Shown here one piece after another: positions 18,778 through 29,686 of a stretch of 64,000 nt of DNA; the stretch's first letter is position 1; each line of letters begins with the position of its first letter. The notes under the pieces were generated by a model that saw nothing but the letters and a program-made list of their open reading frames with translations, was not told the origin of the DNA and did no database searches. Source of the DNA: an uncultured Gemmatimonadales bacterium (GTDB lineage Bacteria > Gemmatimonadota > Gemmatimonadetes > Gemmatimonadales > GWC2-71-9). Position numbers and translations under genes: made by a program. The stretch lies in the NCBI GenBank assembly GCA_963771275.1, contig CAVYSW010000010.1, positions 780,201 through 844,200 of the forward strand, read 5' to 3'.

Positions 18778-20244
18778 TCAGGCGTTGAGCACGAGGACGG
18801 TCCGGTCGTCGCGGCCCGCTCCGTTGAACGCCGCGAGGGCCTCGAACACCGCTTCCACAGCCGCTCGGGAGCCGTTGCGCCGCTCCCGGCGGACGACGTC
18901 GAGCACCCGCTCTTCGCCGAACCGATCGCCCGCATCGTTCCGGGCGTCCACCACGCCGTCCGAGCACAGCACGAGGCTGTCGGCGCCCCTGGACCACGAC
19001 GTTTCCGCGCCGGTGAAGGGCTGCTCCGGCGCGAGCCCGAGCGGGGGGACCGTTGCCTCCAGCCGCACGGCCTGGCCGTCGCCCCGGAGCACGAACGCGT
19101 GCGGGTGTCCGGCGTTGGCGTATCGCAGGGTGCCCGCCGCCCGGTCCGTGACGGCGTAGATCACGGAGAGGTACATCTCCGTGTCGGCGAGGTCGTCCCC
19201 GACCGACGACAGCAGCAGGCGCAGCACGTCTTCCGGCGACCCGGCTTCCTCGGCGTGGATGCCTGCGGCGGACAGCACCAGCGCCATGATCAGGGCCGCC
19301 GGAAATCCGTGGGATGAGACGTCGCCGAGCATCACGCCCAGCCGGTGCTCGGGCAGGCGGATGATGTGGTAGAAGTCGCCGCCCACCTCGTCCACCTGCT
19401 GGCAGCGCGCGGCGACGTCCGCGTGGCCCGCGTACCGCGGCCGGAGGAGCTTGAGCTGGAGGTCGCGCGCCAGCTCGACTTCGCGGCGCAGCCGCTGCTG
19501 TTCCCGATCGCGCTCGACGAGCCGCTGGTTTTCGATCGAGGCCCCCACCTGGCTCGCCACCGCCGCGAGCAGGCGCTTGTCGCCTGCGGAGAACGCGTCG
19601 GTGCCGGCGCGATCCGTGACGCTCAGGACGCCGATCGGTCGCGGCGGCGCCCCGGGCTGCGGGTAGAGGATCGGGACGGAAACGAACGCCACGCCGCGAT
19701 AGGCGCGGGTGGGCTCGCAGGGGGGGGCTTCGGCGCCACTCGTCGGATCGTGCTCGAGGAGGCGGCGCTCGCGGAACACCCGGGCCGCGACCGAGCAGTC
19801 ATCATCCACGGGAATCGGATCGAACTGCTGCACGTCGATCCCCCACCCCGCCAGCGGCCGGAGCAGGCCATGCTCCTCGTCGAACACGAGGATCGAGGCG
19901 CGCCGGGCGCCCACGACGGTCGCCACCTCGCGCACGATGGTCCGCGCCGACTCGGTGAGGCCCAGCGTGCGCCCCAACGTCTCGCTGATGGTGTAGAGCA
20001 GCTCGATCTCTTCGAGGCGATCGTGCAGCTGCTGTACGATCGCCAGGGAATCGCGCTCGGAGCCGAGCAGGCTCGCGAGCAGGGGAACCGTCCGTTCCGC
20101 GGCGGTGTCGCTGGCGTGCTCCAGCTCGACCCAGTAGTCCTCCAGCGCGGGCACCGGCGCGAACCACGAGCGTCCCCAGCGGAATCCCTCCCCTCCCTCG
20201 GGGGGCTCCGGCGGCGGTCGATCGTCCGGGCCCTCCCCGGCCAC
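18778..20244 (-). CDS. GAF + SpoIIE/PP2C phosphatase (RsbU-like); the frame is open upstream to about 20340
   Basis: VGGDFY, GDVSSHG, YANAGHP, SDGVVDA, DDRT motifs after a GAF domain. Confidence 0.9.
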   Translation of the reverse strand: MAGEGPDDRPPPEPPEGGEGFRWGRSWFAPVPALEDYWVELEHASDTAAERTVPLLASLLGSERDSLAIVQQLHDRLEEIELLYTISETLGRTLGLTESARTIVREVATVVGARRASILVFDEEHGLLRPLAGWGIDVQQFDPIPVDDDCSVAARVFRERRLLEHDPTSGAEAPPCEPTRAYRGVAFVSVPILYPQPGAPPRPIGVLSVTDRAGTDAFSAGDKRLLAAVASQVGASIENQRLVERDREQQRLRREVELARDLQLKLLRPRYAGHADVAARCQQVDEVGGDFYHIIRLPEHRLGVMLGDVSSHGFPAALIMALVLSAAGIHAEEAGSPEDVLRLLLSSVGDDLADTEMYLSVIYAVTDRAAGTLRYANAGHPHAFVLRGDGQAVRLEATVPPLGLAPEQPFTGAETSWSRGADSLVLCSDGVVDARNDAGDRFGEERVLDVVRRERRNGSRAAVEAVFEALAAFNGAGRDDRTVLVLNA

Positions 20245-20333
20245 GGCGCGCAGTCCGGCGTGCCCCGCGCTCCACAGGCGGATGCGATGGCCGACCAGAT
20301 TGCCGAGGGCGAGCAGGATGGCGTCGAGCCGTT

Positions 20334-20810
20334 CTAGGCGCGGCGCAGAACCATGCAGATGGTGTTACCTCGTTCGTTGAGGTACACGTCGTCGACGAGC
20401 TGGCGGATCAGGAACAGGCCCCGTCCGCCCGTCGCCTCGAGATCGTCGGGCAGGCACACGTCGTCGAAGTGCGCCGGATCGAAGCCGTTGCCCTCGTCCA
20501 CCACCTCGACGCGGAGCTGCGGCTCGGTCACCGTGACGTGGACCTCGACCGCCTTGGTCGGGTCGAGGGCGTTGCCGTAGATCATCGCGTTGGCGAGGGC
20601 TTCACACAGCGCGACCCGGAGGTTGAAGCGCGCGCGGCGCGCCGACAGGCCCGCGGCGATGCAGTGCCGGGCCACGATGTCCACGGCTTGCTCGACCACG
20701 TCCAGCTCGCTGGGCACGCGCACGGAAATGCGCAGGGCCGTGCGCGGGGACACCGTCCCCGGCAGCGGCACGTCCGCGCGCCGCACCGACAGCCGCAGCG
20801 GAACCGTCAC
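20334..20810 (-). CDS. RsbW-like anti-sigma factor / Ser kinase (HATPase_c_2)
   Basis: EALANAMIYGN, VVDEGNGFD, GGRGLFLIRQLVD. Confidence 0.88.
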   Translation of the reverse strand: MTVPLRLSVRRADVPLPGTVSPRTALRISVRVPSELDVVEQAVDIVARHCIAAGLSARRARFNLRVALCEALANAMIYGNALDPTKAVEVHVTVTEPQLRVEVVDEGNGFDPAHFDDVCLPDDLEATGGRGLFLIRQLVDDVYLNERGNTICMVLRRA

Positions 20811-20814
20811 CGTC

Positions 20815-21150
20815 TCAGAAGCTCGTCAGCGCTTCTTGGGGCGTCGCGGTGATGGCGAAAAGCGTGTCGAGCTTGGTCAGCTCGAACAGCGTGCGCAGGT
20901 CTTCGTTCAGTCCGGCGAGGCGCAGCTCACCACCCACCTCCCGGAGCTTCTTGGCGAGCGATACCAGCGCGCCGAGCCCGGAGGAGTCGATGTACCCGGT
21001 GCTCGTGAAATCCACCAGCACCCGGCGCGCACCGCCACTGACCGCGTCGAGGACCTTCTCCTTGAGCTCGTGCCGGTTGGACACGATGAGTTGCCCGTCC
21101 ACACCGACCACCCACACGCCCGTCGGGTCCTTCCGCATCGTGAAGCTCAT
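20815..21150 (-). CDS. STAS anti-anti-sigma factor (RsbV-like)
   Basis: [18 protein letters not shown]...LFELTKLD. Confidence 0.92.
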   Translation of the reverse strand: MSFTMRKDPTGVWVVGVDGQLIVSNRHELKEKVLDAVSGGARRVLVDFTSTGYIDSSGLGALVSLAKKLREVGGELRLAGLNEDLRTLFELTKLDTLFAITATPQEALTSF

Positions 21151-22157
21151 GCCCCCTCCGGTATCGGATCACGTCCCTTCGCGGATTGCAGCAGCGCGAC
21201 CGCCGCCACATCGACGATGTCGTCCGCGGTGGCACCGCGCGAGAGGTCGGCCATCGGCCGGGCCAGGCCCTGCACGATCGGCCCGATCGCCACCGCGCCG
21301 GCGAGACGCTGCACCAGTTTGTATGCAATGTTGCCGCTGTCAAGGTCCGGGAAGACCAGGACGCTCGCCCGCCCGGCCACGGGGGACCCGGGTGCCTTGC
21401 GGTCGGCCACCCCGGGAACCAGGGCGGCGTCGCCCTGAAGCTCCCCGTCGCACGCGACGGCGGGCCGCAGCGTGCGGAAGCGGGCGACGGCCGTCCGGAC
21501 CTTGTCCACCCGCGGCCCTTCGGCGCTCCCTTTGGTGCTGAACGAGAGAAACGCGACGACCGGCTCGTCGCCGACGATGCGGCGCCGGTCATCGGCGGCC
21601 GCGGCGGCGATGTCGGCGAGCTGCTCGGCGGTGGGATCCGGTACGACGCCCGCATCCGTGAAGGTGAGCACCCCGCTCGGCGGCAGCCTCGCCCCACCCG
21701 CGGTTGCTCCCTCTCTGCCCCTCTCCCCCGCTGCCCCGGCCCGTTCAAGCACCATGTAGAACGCACTGCTCACCGTCTCGATCCCCGGTGCCGGCCCGAT
21801 CGCCCACAGCGCCGCCCGCAGCACGTCGGCGGTGGGACACGTGGCCCCACCCACGGCCGCGTGGGCCTCGCCCAGCGCGACGAGGCCGGCCGCGAACCGC
21901 AGCGGATCCGCCGCCAGCTCGCGCGCGTGCGTCCCGTCCCGCACGCGATCGGGCTTCCGCCGGTGCAGCAGCTCGGCCACGTCGCCCAGCCGGGGATGGC
22001 CGCGCACCGGTCGTTGCAGCACGATCACGGTTGCGATCCCGCGCGCGCGCAGCCGGTCGGCGGCCTGCGCCACGCGCGGGTCCCAGCCTTCCGCCAGGAC
22101 CACCGTATGCCCCAGGGCCCGCGCCCGCTCGTGGAGCGCCGCGCGGAACGCGGTCAT
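21147..22157 (-). CDS. pta: Phosphate acetyltransferase
   Basis: [43 protein letters not shown]. Confidence 0.9.
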   Translation of the reverse strand: MTAFRAALHERARALGHTVVLAEGWDPRVAQAADRLRARGIATVIVLQRPVRGHPRLGDVAELLHRRKPDRVRDGTHARELAADPLRFAAGLVALGEAHAAVGGATCPTADVLRAALWAIGPAPGIETVSSAFYMVLERAGAAGERGREGATAGGARLPPSGVLTFTDAGVVPDPTAEQLADIAAAAADDRRRIVGDEPVVAFLSFSTKGSAEGPRVDKVRTAVARFRTLRPAVACDGELQGDAALVPGVADRKAPGSPVAGRASVLVFPDLDSGNIAYKLVQRLAGAVAIGPIVQGLARPMADLSRGATADDIVDVAAVALLQSAKGRDPIPEGA

Positions 22158-22633
22158 CGGAACTTGGCGCGCAGGGCGCGCTCGACGACCGGGTGGACGA
22201 ACGCGCGCACGTCGCCGCCGAACCGCGCGACTTCGCGCACGACGCTCGAGCTGAGGAACGTGAGCCCCAGATCGGGCACGAGGAAGACGGTTTCCAGCTC
22301 CGGATTGAGCTGGCGGTTCATCAGCGCCATCTGGAACTCGTACTCGAAGTCGCTCACGGCGCGGAGGCCGCGCACCACCAGGGTGGCGCCCACGCCGCGC
22401 GCGAAGTCGGCGAGCAGGCCGTTGAACGAGCGGATGTCGACCCGCGGCTCGTCTCCTACCACGGCGCGCAGCATCGCGACCCGCTCGTCGACGGAGAACA
22501 GGGGCGCCTTGGCGGCGTTGACCGCGACCGCCACGATCACGCGGTCGGCGAGCTGGAGGCTCCGCTGAATGAGATCCTCGTGGCCGCGCGTCAGCGGGTC
22601 GAACGAACCGGGGTAGAGAGCGAGTTGGGTCAT
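22154..22633 (-). CDS. coaD: Pantetheine-phosphate adenylyltransferase
   Basis: [35 protein letters not shown]. Confidence 0.97.
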   Translation of the reverse strand: MTQLALYPGSFDPLTRGHEDLIQRSLQLADRVIVAVAVNAAKAPLFSVDERVAMLRAVVGDEPRVDIRSFNGLLADFARGVGATLVVRGLRAVSDFEYEFQMALMNRQLNPELETVFLVPDLGLTFLSSSVVREVARFGGDVRAFVHPVVERALRAKFR

Positions 22634-23145
22634 GGGGCGTAGAAGAAGGTGATGGTCACGTTGCCGTAACGGCGCGTCGCGTCGCCGCCCAGGGCGAGCT
22701 CGGACTGGTGCTCGATGCCCAGGATACGCGCAAACGGCCCGGCGCGGAACCGGTCGCGTAAAATCGCGGCCTGACCGGTCGTATAGGGCGGGTCGGCGAA
22801 GGCGACGTCGAACGCGCCGGGGGTGAGCCGCTCGACGTAGCGCAGCGCGTCGGCGCGCCGCACCAGCGCCCGGCCCTGGAGGCCGAGTGCGTCGATGTTC
22901 GCCCGCAGGGTGCGGAGCGAGGCCGTGGCGAGCTCGACGAACGTCGCGTGCGCCGCGCCGCGCGACAGGGCTTCGAGGCCGAGCGCGCCGGAGCCGGCGT
23001 ACAGGTCGACCACGCGGGCCTCGTGGACGGCCGCGCCGAGGATGCTGAACCACGCCTCGCGTACCCGGTCCGCGGTGGGCCGCACCCGGCCGTCGGGCGG
23101 CGGCGCGAGTTGGCGTCCGCGGAATTCACCGGCGATGATCCGCAT
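22630..23145 (-). CDS. rsmD: 16S rRNA m2G966 methyltransferase
   Basis: [42 protein letters not shown]. Confidence 0.95.
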   Translation of the reverse strand: MRIIAGEFRGRQLAPPPDGRVRPTADRVREAWFSILGAAVHEARVVDLYAGSGALGLEALSRGAAHATFVELATASLRTLRANIDALGLQGRALVRRADALRYVERLTPGAFDVAFADPPYTTGQAAILRDRFRAGPFARILGIEHQSELALGGDATRRYGNVTITFFYAP

Positions 23146-24854
23146 CACGCCGCCGACGGCCGGAGCTGGATCACGCGCCCCTGCAGGCTCACGGCGCCGT
23201 GCCATTCGTTGCGCTCGAGGCGAAACGCGACGTCCACCGGTCCGCGCCACCAGGCCGGGTCGATGCGATCCGCCCAGTCGAACCCGATGGCGGCGAGCCG
23301 CGCCCCCGCGTCCTCGAGCAGCAGGCGCAGGTGATTGGTCCCCACCGGACGGGCCTCCCGGACCGCCGCGCGGGCGACGCCGAACACCGGCGACGGGTTG
23401 CCGGATCCGCACGGCTCGAGGTGACGCAGCAGGCGCTCGAGCTCGAGGTCGAGCTGGCCGAGGCCGACGACCGCGTCGACGCGCTGGGCCGGGACCAGGT
23501 CGTCGGGCGTGAGCACGCGGCGCGCCTCGTCGTTGAACGCCGCGCGGAACGCGTCCAGCCGGTCGCGCGCCACCGTGACGCCCGCGGCCATGCGGTGGCC
23601 GCCGTAGCGCACCAGCAGCGGCGCGCAGGCCCGCAGCGCGGCGTGCAGGTCGAACCCGGCGATGCTCCGCCCCGAGCCCTTGCCGGTCTTGCCCTCCAGG
23701 GCGATCAGGATCGTGGGTCGCCCGTAGCGCTCCACCACCCGCGACGCGACGATCCCGATCACGCCGGGATGCCAGCCGTCCCGCGCGAGCACCAGGCCGT
23801 ACTCCCGGTCGAGGTCCACCTCGCGCTCGATCGTGTCGATCGCCTCGCCGAGGATCGCCTGGTCCCGCTCCTGGCGCTGCGCGTTGAGGTCCTCGAGGCG
23901 CCGCGCCAGGGTCTCCGCCTCGGCGGGATCGTCGGTGAGCAGCAGCGCGAGGCCGTCCATCGCTTCGCCGATCCGGCCGGCTGCGTTGAGCCGGGGACCG
24001 AGCACGAAGCCGACGTGGCCTGCGCGGACCTCCGTCTTGCCGAGCCCCGCCACGTCAATCAGGGCGCGCACGCCGGGCCAGCGTGTCTCGGCGAGCTTGC
24101 GCAGGCCGAACCGAGTGAGGATGCGGTTCTCGCCGGTGAGCGGCACGACGTCGGCCACGGTCGCGATCGCGACCAAGTCGATCAGATGGAGCGGGAGGTT
24201 TGGCGGCAGGTCGAGCGCCGGGACGAGCGCCTGGACCAGCTTGAACGCCACCCCCGCGCCGCACAGGTCGGCCGCCGGCGATGTCGGGTCGCCGCGTCGC
24301 GGGTTCACGATCGCGTCCGCCGCGGGCAGCTCGCCCGGCAGGTGGTGGTCGGTGATCACCACCTGGATCCCCGCCGCCCGCGCCGCCGCCACCGGCTCCA
24401 CCGCGGTGACGCCGCAGTCGCACGTGACGATCACCCCGGCGCCCGCCGCCCGCGCCGCCGCGATCCCCGCGGGGCCCAGGTCATAGCCGTCGCGCATGCG
24501 GTTCGGGATGAACGGCACGACGCGGGCCCCCCCGGCCCGGAGCGCGCGGGTGAGCAGCGCCGTCGCACACTGCCCGTCGACGTCGTAGTCGCCGTGGATC
24601 ATGATGGTCTTGCCCGCCCGCACCGCGTCGGCCACGACGGCGACGGCCCGGTCCATGTCGGGCAGCTCGCGCGGGTCGGTGAGCGCGTCGAGCGTTGGCC
24701 GAAGGAAGCGCCGCGCGCGGTCCTCGGAGTCGTAGCCGCGCTGCACCAGCAGGCGCGCGAGCGGCTCCGGCAGGCTCAGGAGCTGGGCGAGCCGCCGCAC
24801 GTCATCGGCCGGCGGCTCGGCGACGACGTCCCACCGCGGCGTTGGGAGCATCAC
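23145..24854 (-). CDS. recJ: ssDNA exonuclease RecJ
   Basis: GDYDVDG, TCDCG, TDHH, PRLNAAGR, GGHRMAAG. Confidence 0.97.
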   Translation of the reverse strand: MMLPTPRWDVVAEPPADDVRRLAQLLSLPEPLARLLVQRGYDSEDRARRFLRPTLDALTDPRELPDMDRAVAVVADAVRAGKTIMIHGDYDVDGQCATALLTRALRAGGARVVPFIPNRMRDGYDLGPAGIAAARAAGAGVIVTCDCGVTAVEPVAAARAAGIQVVITDHHLPGELPAADAIVNPRRGDPTSPAADLCGAGVAFKLVQALVPALDLPPNLPLHLIDLVAIATVADVVPLTGENRILTRFGLRKLAETRWPGVRALIDVAGLGKTEVRAGHVGFVLGPRLNAAGRIGEAMDGLALLLTDDPAEAETLARRLEDLNAQRQERDQAILGEAIDTIEREVDLDREYGLVLARDGWHPGVIGIVASRVVERYGRPTILIALEGKTGKGSGRSIAGFDLHAALRACAPLLVRYGGHRMAAGVTVARDRLDAFRAAFNDEARRVLTPDDLVPAQRVDAVVGLGQLDLELERLLRHLEPCGSGNPSPVFGVARAAVREARPVGTNHLRLLLEDAGARLAAIGFDWADRIDPAWWRGPVDVAFRLERNEWHGAVSLQGRVIQLRPSAA

Positions 24855-25570
24855 GCCGGGGGGATGAGCTCGGCGTTGTAGATCATCACGCCGCAGGCCT
24901 CACACATGACGACCTTCTGCCCGGTGCGCAGCTCCTGGCGCCGGTGCATCGGCACGGCGGTGAGGCAGTGCCCGCACGCGTCGCTATGCACGGGGTAGAG
25001 CGCCATGGGCGCCCGGCCGCGCCGGATCCGCTCGTATTGCACGAGCGTCGGCTTGGTCAGCTGCTTCGCCACCGCGCCGCGCGCGGCCTGGGCGACCGCC
25101 AGCCGGTCGCCGCAGTCTGCCTGTCGCGCCGCGATCTCCTCGCGGCGCGGGGCCTGGGCCGCCTTGAGCTCCTCGAGATTGCGCTCGGCCTCCGCCGCGC
25201 CGGTTCCGGCCTCCTGGATGCGGTCGGCGGACCGCATCCACTCGGCTTCCTCTCGCGCCAGCACGCTGCGACCGAGATCCAGCTCCGCCATCAGCGTGGC
25301 GGCTTCTTTCGCGCCGCGCACCCATTCGAGCCGCTGGCGCCGGCGTTCCTGCATCTGGCGGAAGCTCTCGATCTTCTCCTCGAGCTGCGCCCGCCGCGTC
25401 TCCGCGTCCGTGATCCCGAGCTGCGCCGCTTCCAGCCGCGCCGTGGCGGCGGCCGCCTCGGCGTCGAGCTGCCCGAGCTCGGGCTCGAACGCCGCGAGCT
25501 CCTCGCGGATCTCATCGATGACGCGATCCTTCTCCTGCAGCAATAACAACGTAGACAGTTCAGCCAGCAC
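24851..25570 (-). CDS. Coiled-coil protein with C4-type zinc ribbon (DUF164/CT398-like)
   Basis: Long coiled coil, then CGHC...CEACG. Confidence 0.85.
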   Translation of the reverse strand: MLAELSTLLLLQEKDRVIDEIREELAAFEPELGQLDAEAAAATARLEAAQLGITDAETRRAQLEEKIESFRQMQERRRQRLEWVRGAKEAATLMAELDLGRSVLAREEAEWMRSADRIQEAGTGAAEAERNLEELKAAQAPRREEIAARQADCGDRLAVAQAARGAVAKQLTKPTLVQYERIRRGRAPMALYPVHSDACGHCLTAVPMHRRQELRTGQKVVMCEACGVMIYNAELIPPA

Positions 25571-27356
25571 CGGTCCTCCCTTTCCGAATCACGTTCCAGC
25601 GAGCCGGATTGAGCTGCGACATCTTCCGGCTCAGGGTGTCCTTCTCGTGCGCCAGGGCCATCTGCTCGTCGGCGTTCGCGAACGGCAGGCGCCGGTTGAC
25701 TTCGTGCATCCGTCGCTCGAGCCGGAGACTCTCGATCCGGTCCACCGCCCCCGCGACGACCGCGCCGACGTCGGGCGGTCCCCAGTTCTCCTCCAGCAGC
25801 GCCGCGAGCAACACGCGCGGCTCGGGGGCCAGCGTCTCGAGCAAGCTCGCCGGCGGCAGCTCCGATCCCAGCTGCAGCACGGCCTCGAACAGCGTCGCGT
25901 CCGGCTCGCGCAGCGATGCGCGGTCGGGCAGCAGCTCCGCGATGCGGCCCCGAGCGTCGGGATCGTGCAGCATGACGCGAATCAGATCCCGTTCCGGGCC
26001 CGAGTGGCTGCGCACGCGCGGCGCTTCGGGCGCCGCGGCCTCCGCCGGCCGGGCCGTTCCGGACCGGTAGCCGGAGGAGCCGGGGCGGTCGGCGATCTCC
26101 TGCAGCACCGCCTCGCGGGTTACGCCGAGCGCCTCGCCGACCCGCGCGATGTAGAGGTCGCGCGTCACGGGGTCGGCGGCGGCCCGGAGTGTGGGCAGCA
26201 GCCGATCGAGCGCGCGGCGTCTGCCGCTCAGCGTCCCGAGCCACCCCTTCCGCTCCAGCAGCTGCAGCTTGCGCTCGAATACGTCCACGCCGTCCCGCAG
26301 CACCTTCTCGAGTGCCGCCAGCCCGCCGCGCCGGACGAGGGTGTCGGGATCCTCGCCCTCGGGCATCGTCGCCACGGACACGCTCACCTGGGCGCGCAGC
26401 AGCTCGTCGCCGGTGCGGAACGTGGCCCGCAGGCCGGCCATGTCGCTGTCGAACAGCAGGGTCACGCGCTCGGTGAGCTTCTTGAGCAGCAGGGCCTGCT
26501 CCGGCGTGAACCCGGTGCCGAGCGGCGCCACCACGTGGTCGAGCCCGGCGAGCAGCAGGCGCAGCACGTCGAAGTAGCCCTCGACCAGCACCGCGTGCTC
26601 GGCCTTGCGGATCGCGTGCTTGGCGCTGTGCAGGTTGTAGAGCAGCCGGCCCTTGTGAAACACCTCGGAGTCGGGCGAGTTGAGGTACTTGGGCTCGCCG
26701 TCGCCGATCACGCGCCCGCCGAACGCCACCACCCGCCCGCGCAGGTCGTGGATCGGGAACAGCAGCCGGCCCCAGAACCGCGCGCGCAGCGTCTGGTCCT
26801 CACGGCGCAGGGCGAGCCCCGCGCCGATCAAGACGTCCGGCGTGATGCCGAGCTTCTGCATCGCGTCGAGGAACGCGGGGCCGGGCGGCGCGTAGCCGAG
26901 CCCGTAGGGGTGGAGCTGCTCGAGATCGAGGCCCCGCGACGCAACGTAGCGGCGGGCGGGCTCCGCCTCGGGCGCCTCGCGCAGCTGCCGCGCGTACCAC
27001 TCCTGAGCGACCGCGACCGCCTGGTAGAACGGCTCGAGGGGATCCGGGCCCGAGGCGGTGCGCTCCGGGATGGTGACGCCGACGCGGCGCGCCACCTCGC
27101 GCACCGCCGTCGGGTAGTCCATCCCGAACTTCTTCATGTAGAACGTGAAGACGTCGCCGCCCTCGTGGCACACGAAGCAGTAGAACATCTGCTTCTTGGG
27201 AATCACGGCGAAGTTGCGGTGCTTGCCGCCGTGGAACGGGCAGGCGCCGCGGTAGTCGGTCCCCGTGCGCCGCAGCTGCACGTGCTCGCCGATCACCTCG
27301 ACGAGGTCGGCGGCGTCGCGCACCTGCTCGATCACGTCGTCGGGGATGCTCGTCAC
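25560..27356 (-). CDS. dnaG: DNA primase
   Basis: CPFH..CFVC zinc finger, PKYLNSP, VEGYFD, FDSDMAG (Toprim). Confidence 0.97.
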   Translation of the reverse strand: MTSIPDDVIEQVRDAADLVEVIGEHVQLRRTGTDYRGACPFHGGKHRNFAVIPKKQMFYCFVCHEGGDVFTFYMKKFGMDYPTAVREVARRVGVTIPERTASGPDPLEPFYQAVAVAQEWYARQLREAPEAEPARRYVASRGLDLEQLHPYGLGYAPPGPAFLDAMQKLGITPDVLIGAGLALRREDQTLRARFWGRLLFPIHDLRGRVVAFGGRVIGDGEPKYLNSPDSEVFHKGRLLYNLHSAKHAIRKAEHAVLVEGYFDVLRLLLAGLDHVVAPLGTGFTPEQALLLKKLTERVTLLFDSDMAGLRATFRTGDELLRAQVSVSVATMPEGEDPDTLVRRGGLAALEKVLRDGVDVFERKLQLLERKGWLGTLSGRRRALDRLLPTLRAAADPVTRDLYIARVGEALGVTREAVLQEIADRPGSSGYRSGTARPAEAAAPEAPRVRSHSGPERDLIRVMLHDPDARGRIAELLPDRASLREPDATLFEAVLQLGSELPPASLLETLAPEPRVLLAALLEENWGPPDVGAVVAGAVDRIESLRLERRMHEVNRRLPFANADEQMALAHEKDTLSRKMSQLNPARWNVIRKGRTGAG

Positions 27357-29686
27357 GCGAGCTCCGCGATCGTGACACCGGTACCGCCTTCGCGCGGCGG
27401 GGCAAGCCGGTGCGCCGTGATCCGGCGGTCGCCGCGCAGCAGCTCGTCGACGACCTGGCGCAGCACGCCGGTCCCCTTGCCGTGGATGATCCGCAGCGCC
27501 GGGATATCGGCGAGCGTGGCGGCGTCCACCGCGCGATCCACCGCCTCGCGGGCCTCCTCGGCGGTCATGCCGCGGAGATCGAGCTCGGACACGCTGGGTG
27601 CGGCCGGCGACCGCGGGGCGGGCGCCGCCGGATCGGCGGGGGCCGCGGCGGCCTTGATCCGACCGCGATGCACCACGCGGGGCGAGCCGGCCGTGCCCGC
27701 CGATCCCCTGACGCCTTTCACCCGCCAGCCCTTGCTCACCAGCTCGGCCTCGAGCTTCTCGAGCGCGTTCCCTTCGTCGCGGATCCCCTGCTCCACCAGG
27801 CGCCGCGCCGCGCGCGCCGTCGCGTCCGTGCCCGCCGTCCGGGCCGTGCCAATCGCGTCCTCGACCCGCTTGCGCGCGTCGAGCAGGAAGCGCCGGGCCT
27901 GCTCGCGCCCCTCGCGCTCCAGCTCGGCCGCCCGAGTGGCCGCCGCCCGCTCGCGCTCGGCGAGCGTCTCCCGGAGGTTGGCCAGCTCCCCGTCGCGCCG
28001 GCCGAGCTGGGCGGCGAGGGTGTCGAGCTCCGTCTCGCGGGTGGCAACGAGCGCGGCCCGTCGCTCGACGTCCGCCAGAATGGCGTCGAGCGAGCGCTCC
28101 GCCTCCGGCGTGCGCCGCTCGGCCCGATCGAGCACGTCGGCCGGCAGGCCGAGGCGCCGCGCGATGACGAGCCCGTAGGAGCGGCCCGGAATGCCCTTGA
28201 CCAGGCGGTAGGTCGGCCGGAGTGTGGCGGCGTCGAAGTGGAGCGAGGCGTTCACCACGCCCGCCGTCTCCGCGGCCAGCAGCTTCAGCTCGCTCAGGTG
28301 GGTCGTCGCGACGACGCGGCTGCCACGCTCCACCAGCGTCTGCAGGGTCGCCGCCGCGAGGGCCGCCCCCTCGACCGGGTCGGTGCCGCTGCCGATTTCG
28401 TCGAGCAGCACGAGCGCCGCCGGGCCCGCCTGCGCGAGCGCCTCCCGCAGCGCGTACAGGTGCGCGCTGAACGTCGAGAGGCTCGCGGCGATCGACTGAT
28501 TGTCGCCGATATCGGAGACGATCGTGCGGTAGACCGGCACGGCTGACCCGTCGCCGAGCGGCGGCACGACGCCGGCCTGGACGAGCGCGCTGGCGAGCCC
28601 CACCGCCTTGAGCAGGACCGTCTTGCCGCCGGTGTTGGGGCCGCTCACGATCAGCGCCAGCTCACCGCTCTCGAGCTCGAGGTCGAACGGGATGGCGGCG
28701 ACGCCCTCGGCCAGCAGCAGCGGGTGCCGTGCGGTGCGCAGCACGTGCGGGCCGGGCGCGGGCGCCACCGCCGGGATCGCCGCCTGCACGTCGGCGGCGT
28801 AGCGCGCCCGGGCGTAGAGATCGTCCACCGCCACGCACATCGCCAGCCCGGCGGCCGCCGCGGGCGCGTGGGGGCGCACGGCATCCGTGAGGCGCCGCAG
28901 CAGCGCCAGCACCGCGCGGGCCTCCTCACCCTCCAGCGCGTTGAGCGCGTTCGCCGGCTCCACCGCCGCCTGGGGCTCGACGAACAGCGTCGCCCCGGAG
29001 GCGGACTCGGCGTGGACGATCCCGGGAACGCGGCCGCGCGCGTCGCGCGTCACGGGAATCACGTACCGGCCGTTGCGCACCGTGACCGACGCGTCGGGCG
29101 GGGCCTCGTGCGCAGCGAGTCCGCGCAGCGTGCGCTCGAGCAGCTGGATCACGTGCGCCCGCGCCTCGCGCAGGCGGGTCCGCGCCCGGTCAACCCCCGG
29201 GTCCGCGCCGTCCCGGACGCGGCCGTCCGGCTCGATCGCCTGCAGGATGTCGCGCGCGAGGCGCGGAGGCGGGACCTCGACCCCCAGCGCCGCGACCCGC
29301 GGCGCCACCTCCGCCACGCGTTTCAGCTCCGCGGCCACCAGCCGCATGGCCTCGAGCCCGCGTCCCAGCTCGAGCAGCGCCACGCCGTCGAGCACGGTGC
29401 CGGCGACCGCCAGCTGATCGAGCAACGCGGTGAGATCGGCGATCGGCTCGGGCCGGATCGCATCGCCGCCGACCAGCAGGCGCTGCAGCTCGGCCGTGGT
29501 CGCCAGCTCGGCCCGGATCGCGTCGACGTCCGCCGACGGGAGGCGCCCCCGCACGCGCGCGGCCCCGAGCGGGCCGACCGCGCGCGCCGCGACGTCGTCG
29601 AGCGCCCGGGCGAACTCGAGCTGCCGCAGCACCTCCGCGGCCGCGACGGCCGGCAACGCGGAAGGGGCGCTCGTGACCCGCGTCAC
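27353..29686 (-). CDS. mutS2: MutS2 endonuclease with Smr domain (start approximate)
   Basis: SGATLFVEP, GPNTGGKT, DIGDNQS..LSTFS, DEIGSGTDP, IIHGKGTG. Confidence 0.93.
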   Translation of the reverse strand: MTRVTSAPSALPAVAAAEVLRQLEFARALDDVAARAVGPLGAARVRGRLPSADVDAIRAELATTAELQRLLVGGDAIRPEPIADLTALLDQLAVAGTVLDGVALLELGRGLEAMRLVAAELKRVAEVAPRVAALGVEVPPPRLARDILQAIEPDGRVRDGADPGVDRARTRLREARAHVIQLLERTLRGLAAHEAPPDASVTVRNGRYVIPVTRDARGRVPGIVHAESASGATLFVEPQAAVEPANALNALEGEEARAVLALLRRLTDAVRPHAPAAAAGLAMCVAVDDLYARARYAADVQAAIPAVAPAPGPHVLRTARHPLLLAEGVAAIPFDLELESGELALIVSGPNTGGKTVLLKAVGLASALVQAGVVPPLGDGSAVPVYRTIVSDIGDNQSIAASLSTFSAHLYALREALAQAGPAALVLLDEIGSGTDPVEGAALAAATLQTLVERGSRVVATTHLSELKLLAAETAGVVNASLHFDAATLRPTYRLVKGIPGRSYGLVIARRLGLPADVLDRAERRTPEAERSLDAILADVERRAALVATRETELDTLAAQLGRRDGELANLRETLAERERAAATRAAELEREGREQARRFLLDARKRVEDAIGTARTAGTDATARAARRLVEQGIRDEGNALEKLEAELVSKGWRVKGVRGSAGTAGSPRVVHRGRIKAAAAPADPAAPAPRSPAAPSVSELDLRGMTAEEAREAVDRAVDAATLADIPALRIIHGKGTGVLRQVVDELLRGDRRITAHRLAPPREGGTGVTIAELA

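Noticed and set aside
25005..28178. Very long plus-strand ORFs (e.g. 25005..28178, 39198..42557, 6544..8847)
   Set aside because: These are antisense shadows of dnaG/mutS2, the kinase and rny in high-GC DNA, with Arg/Ala/Ser-rich translations and no motifs.
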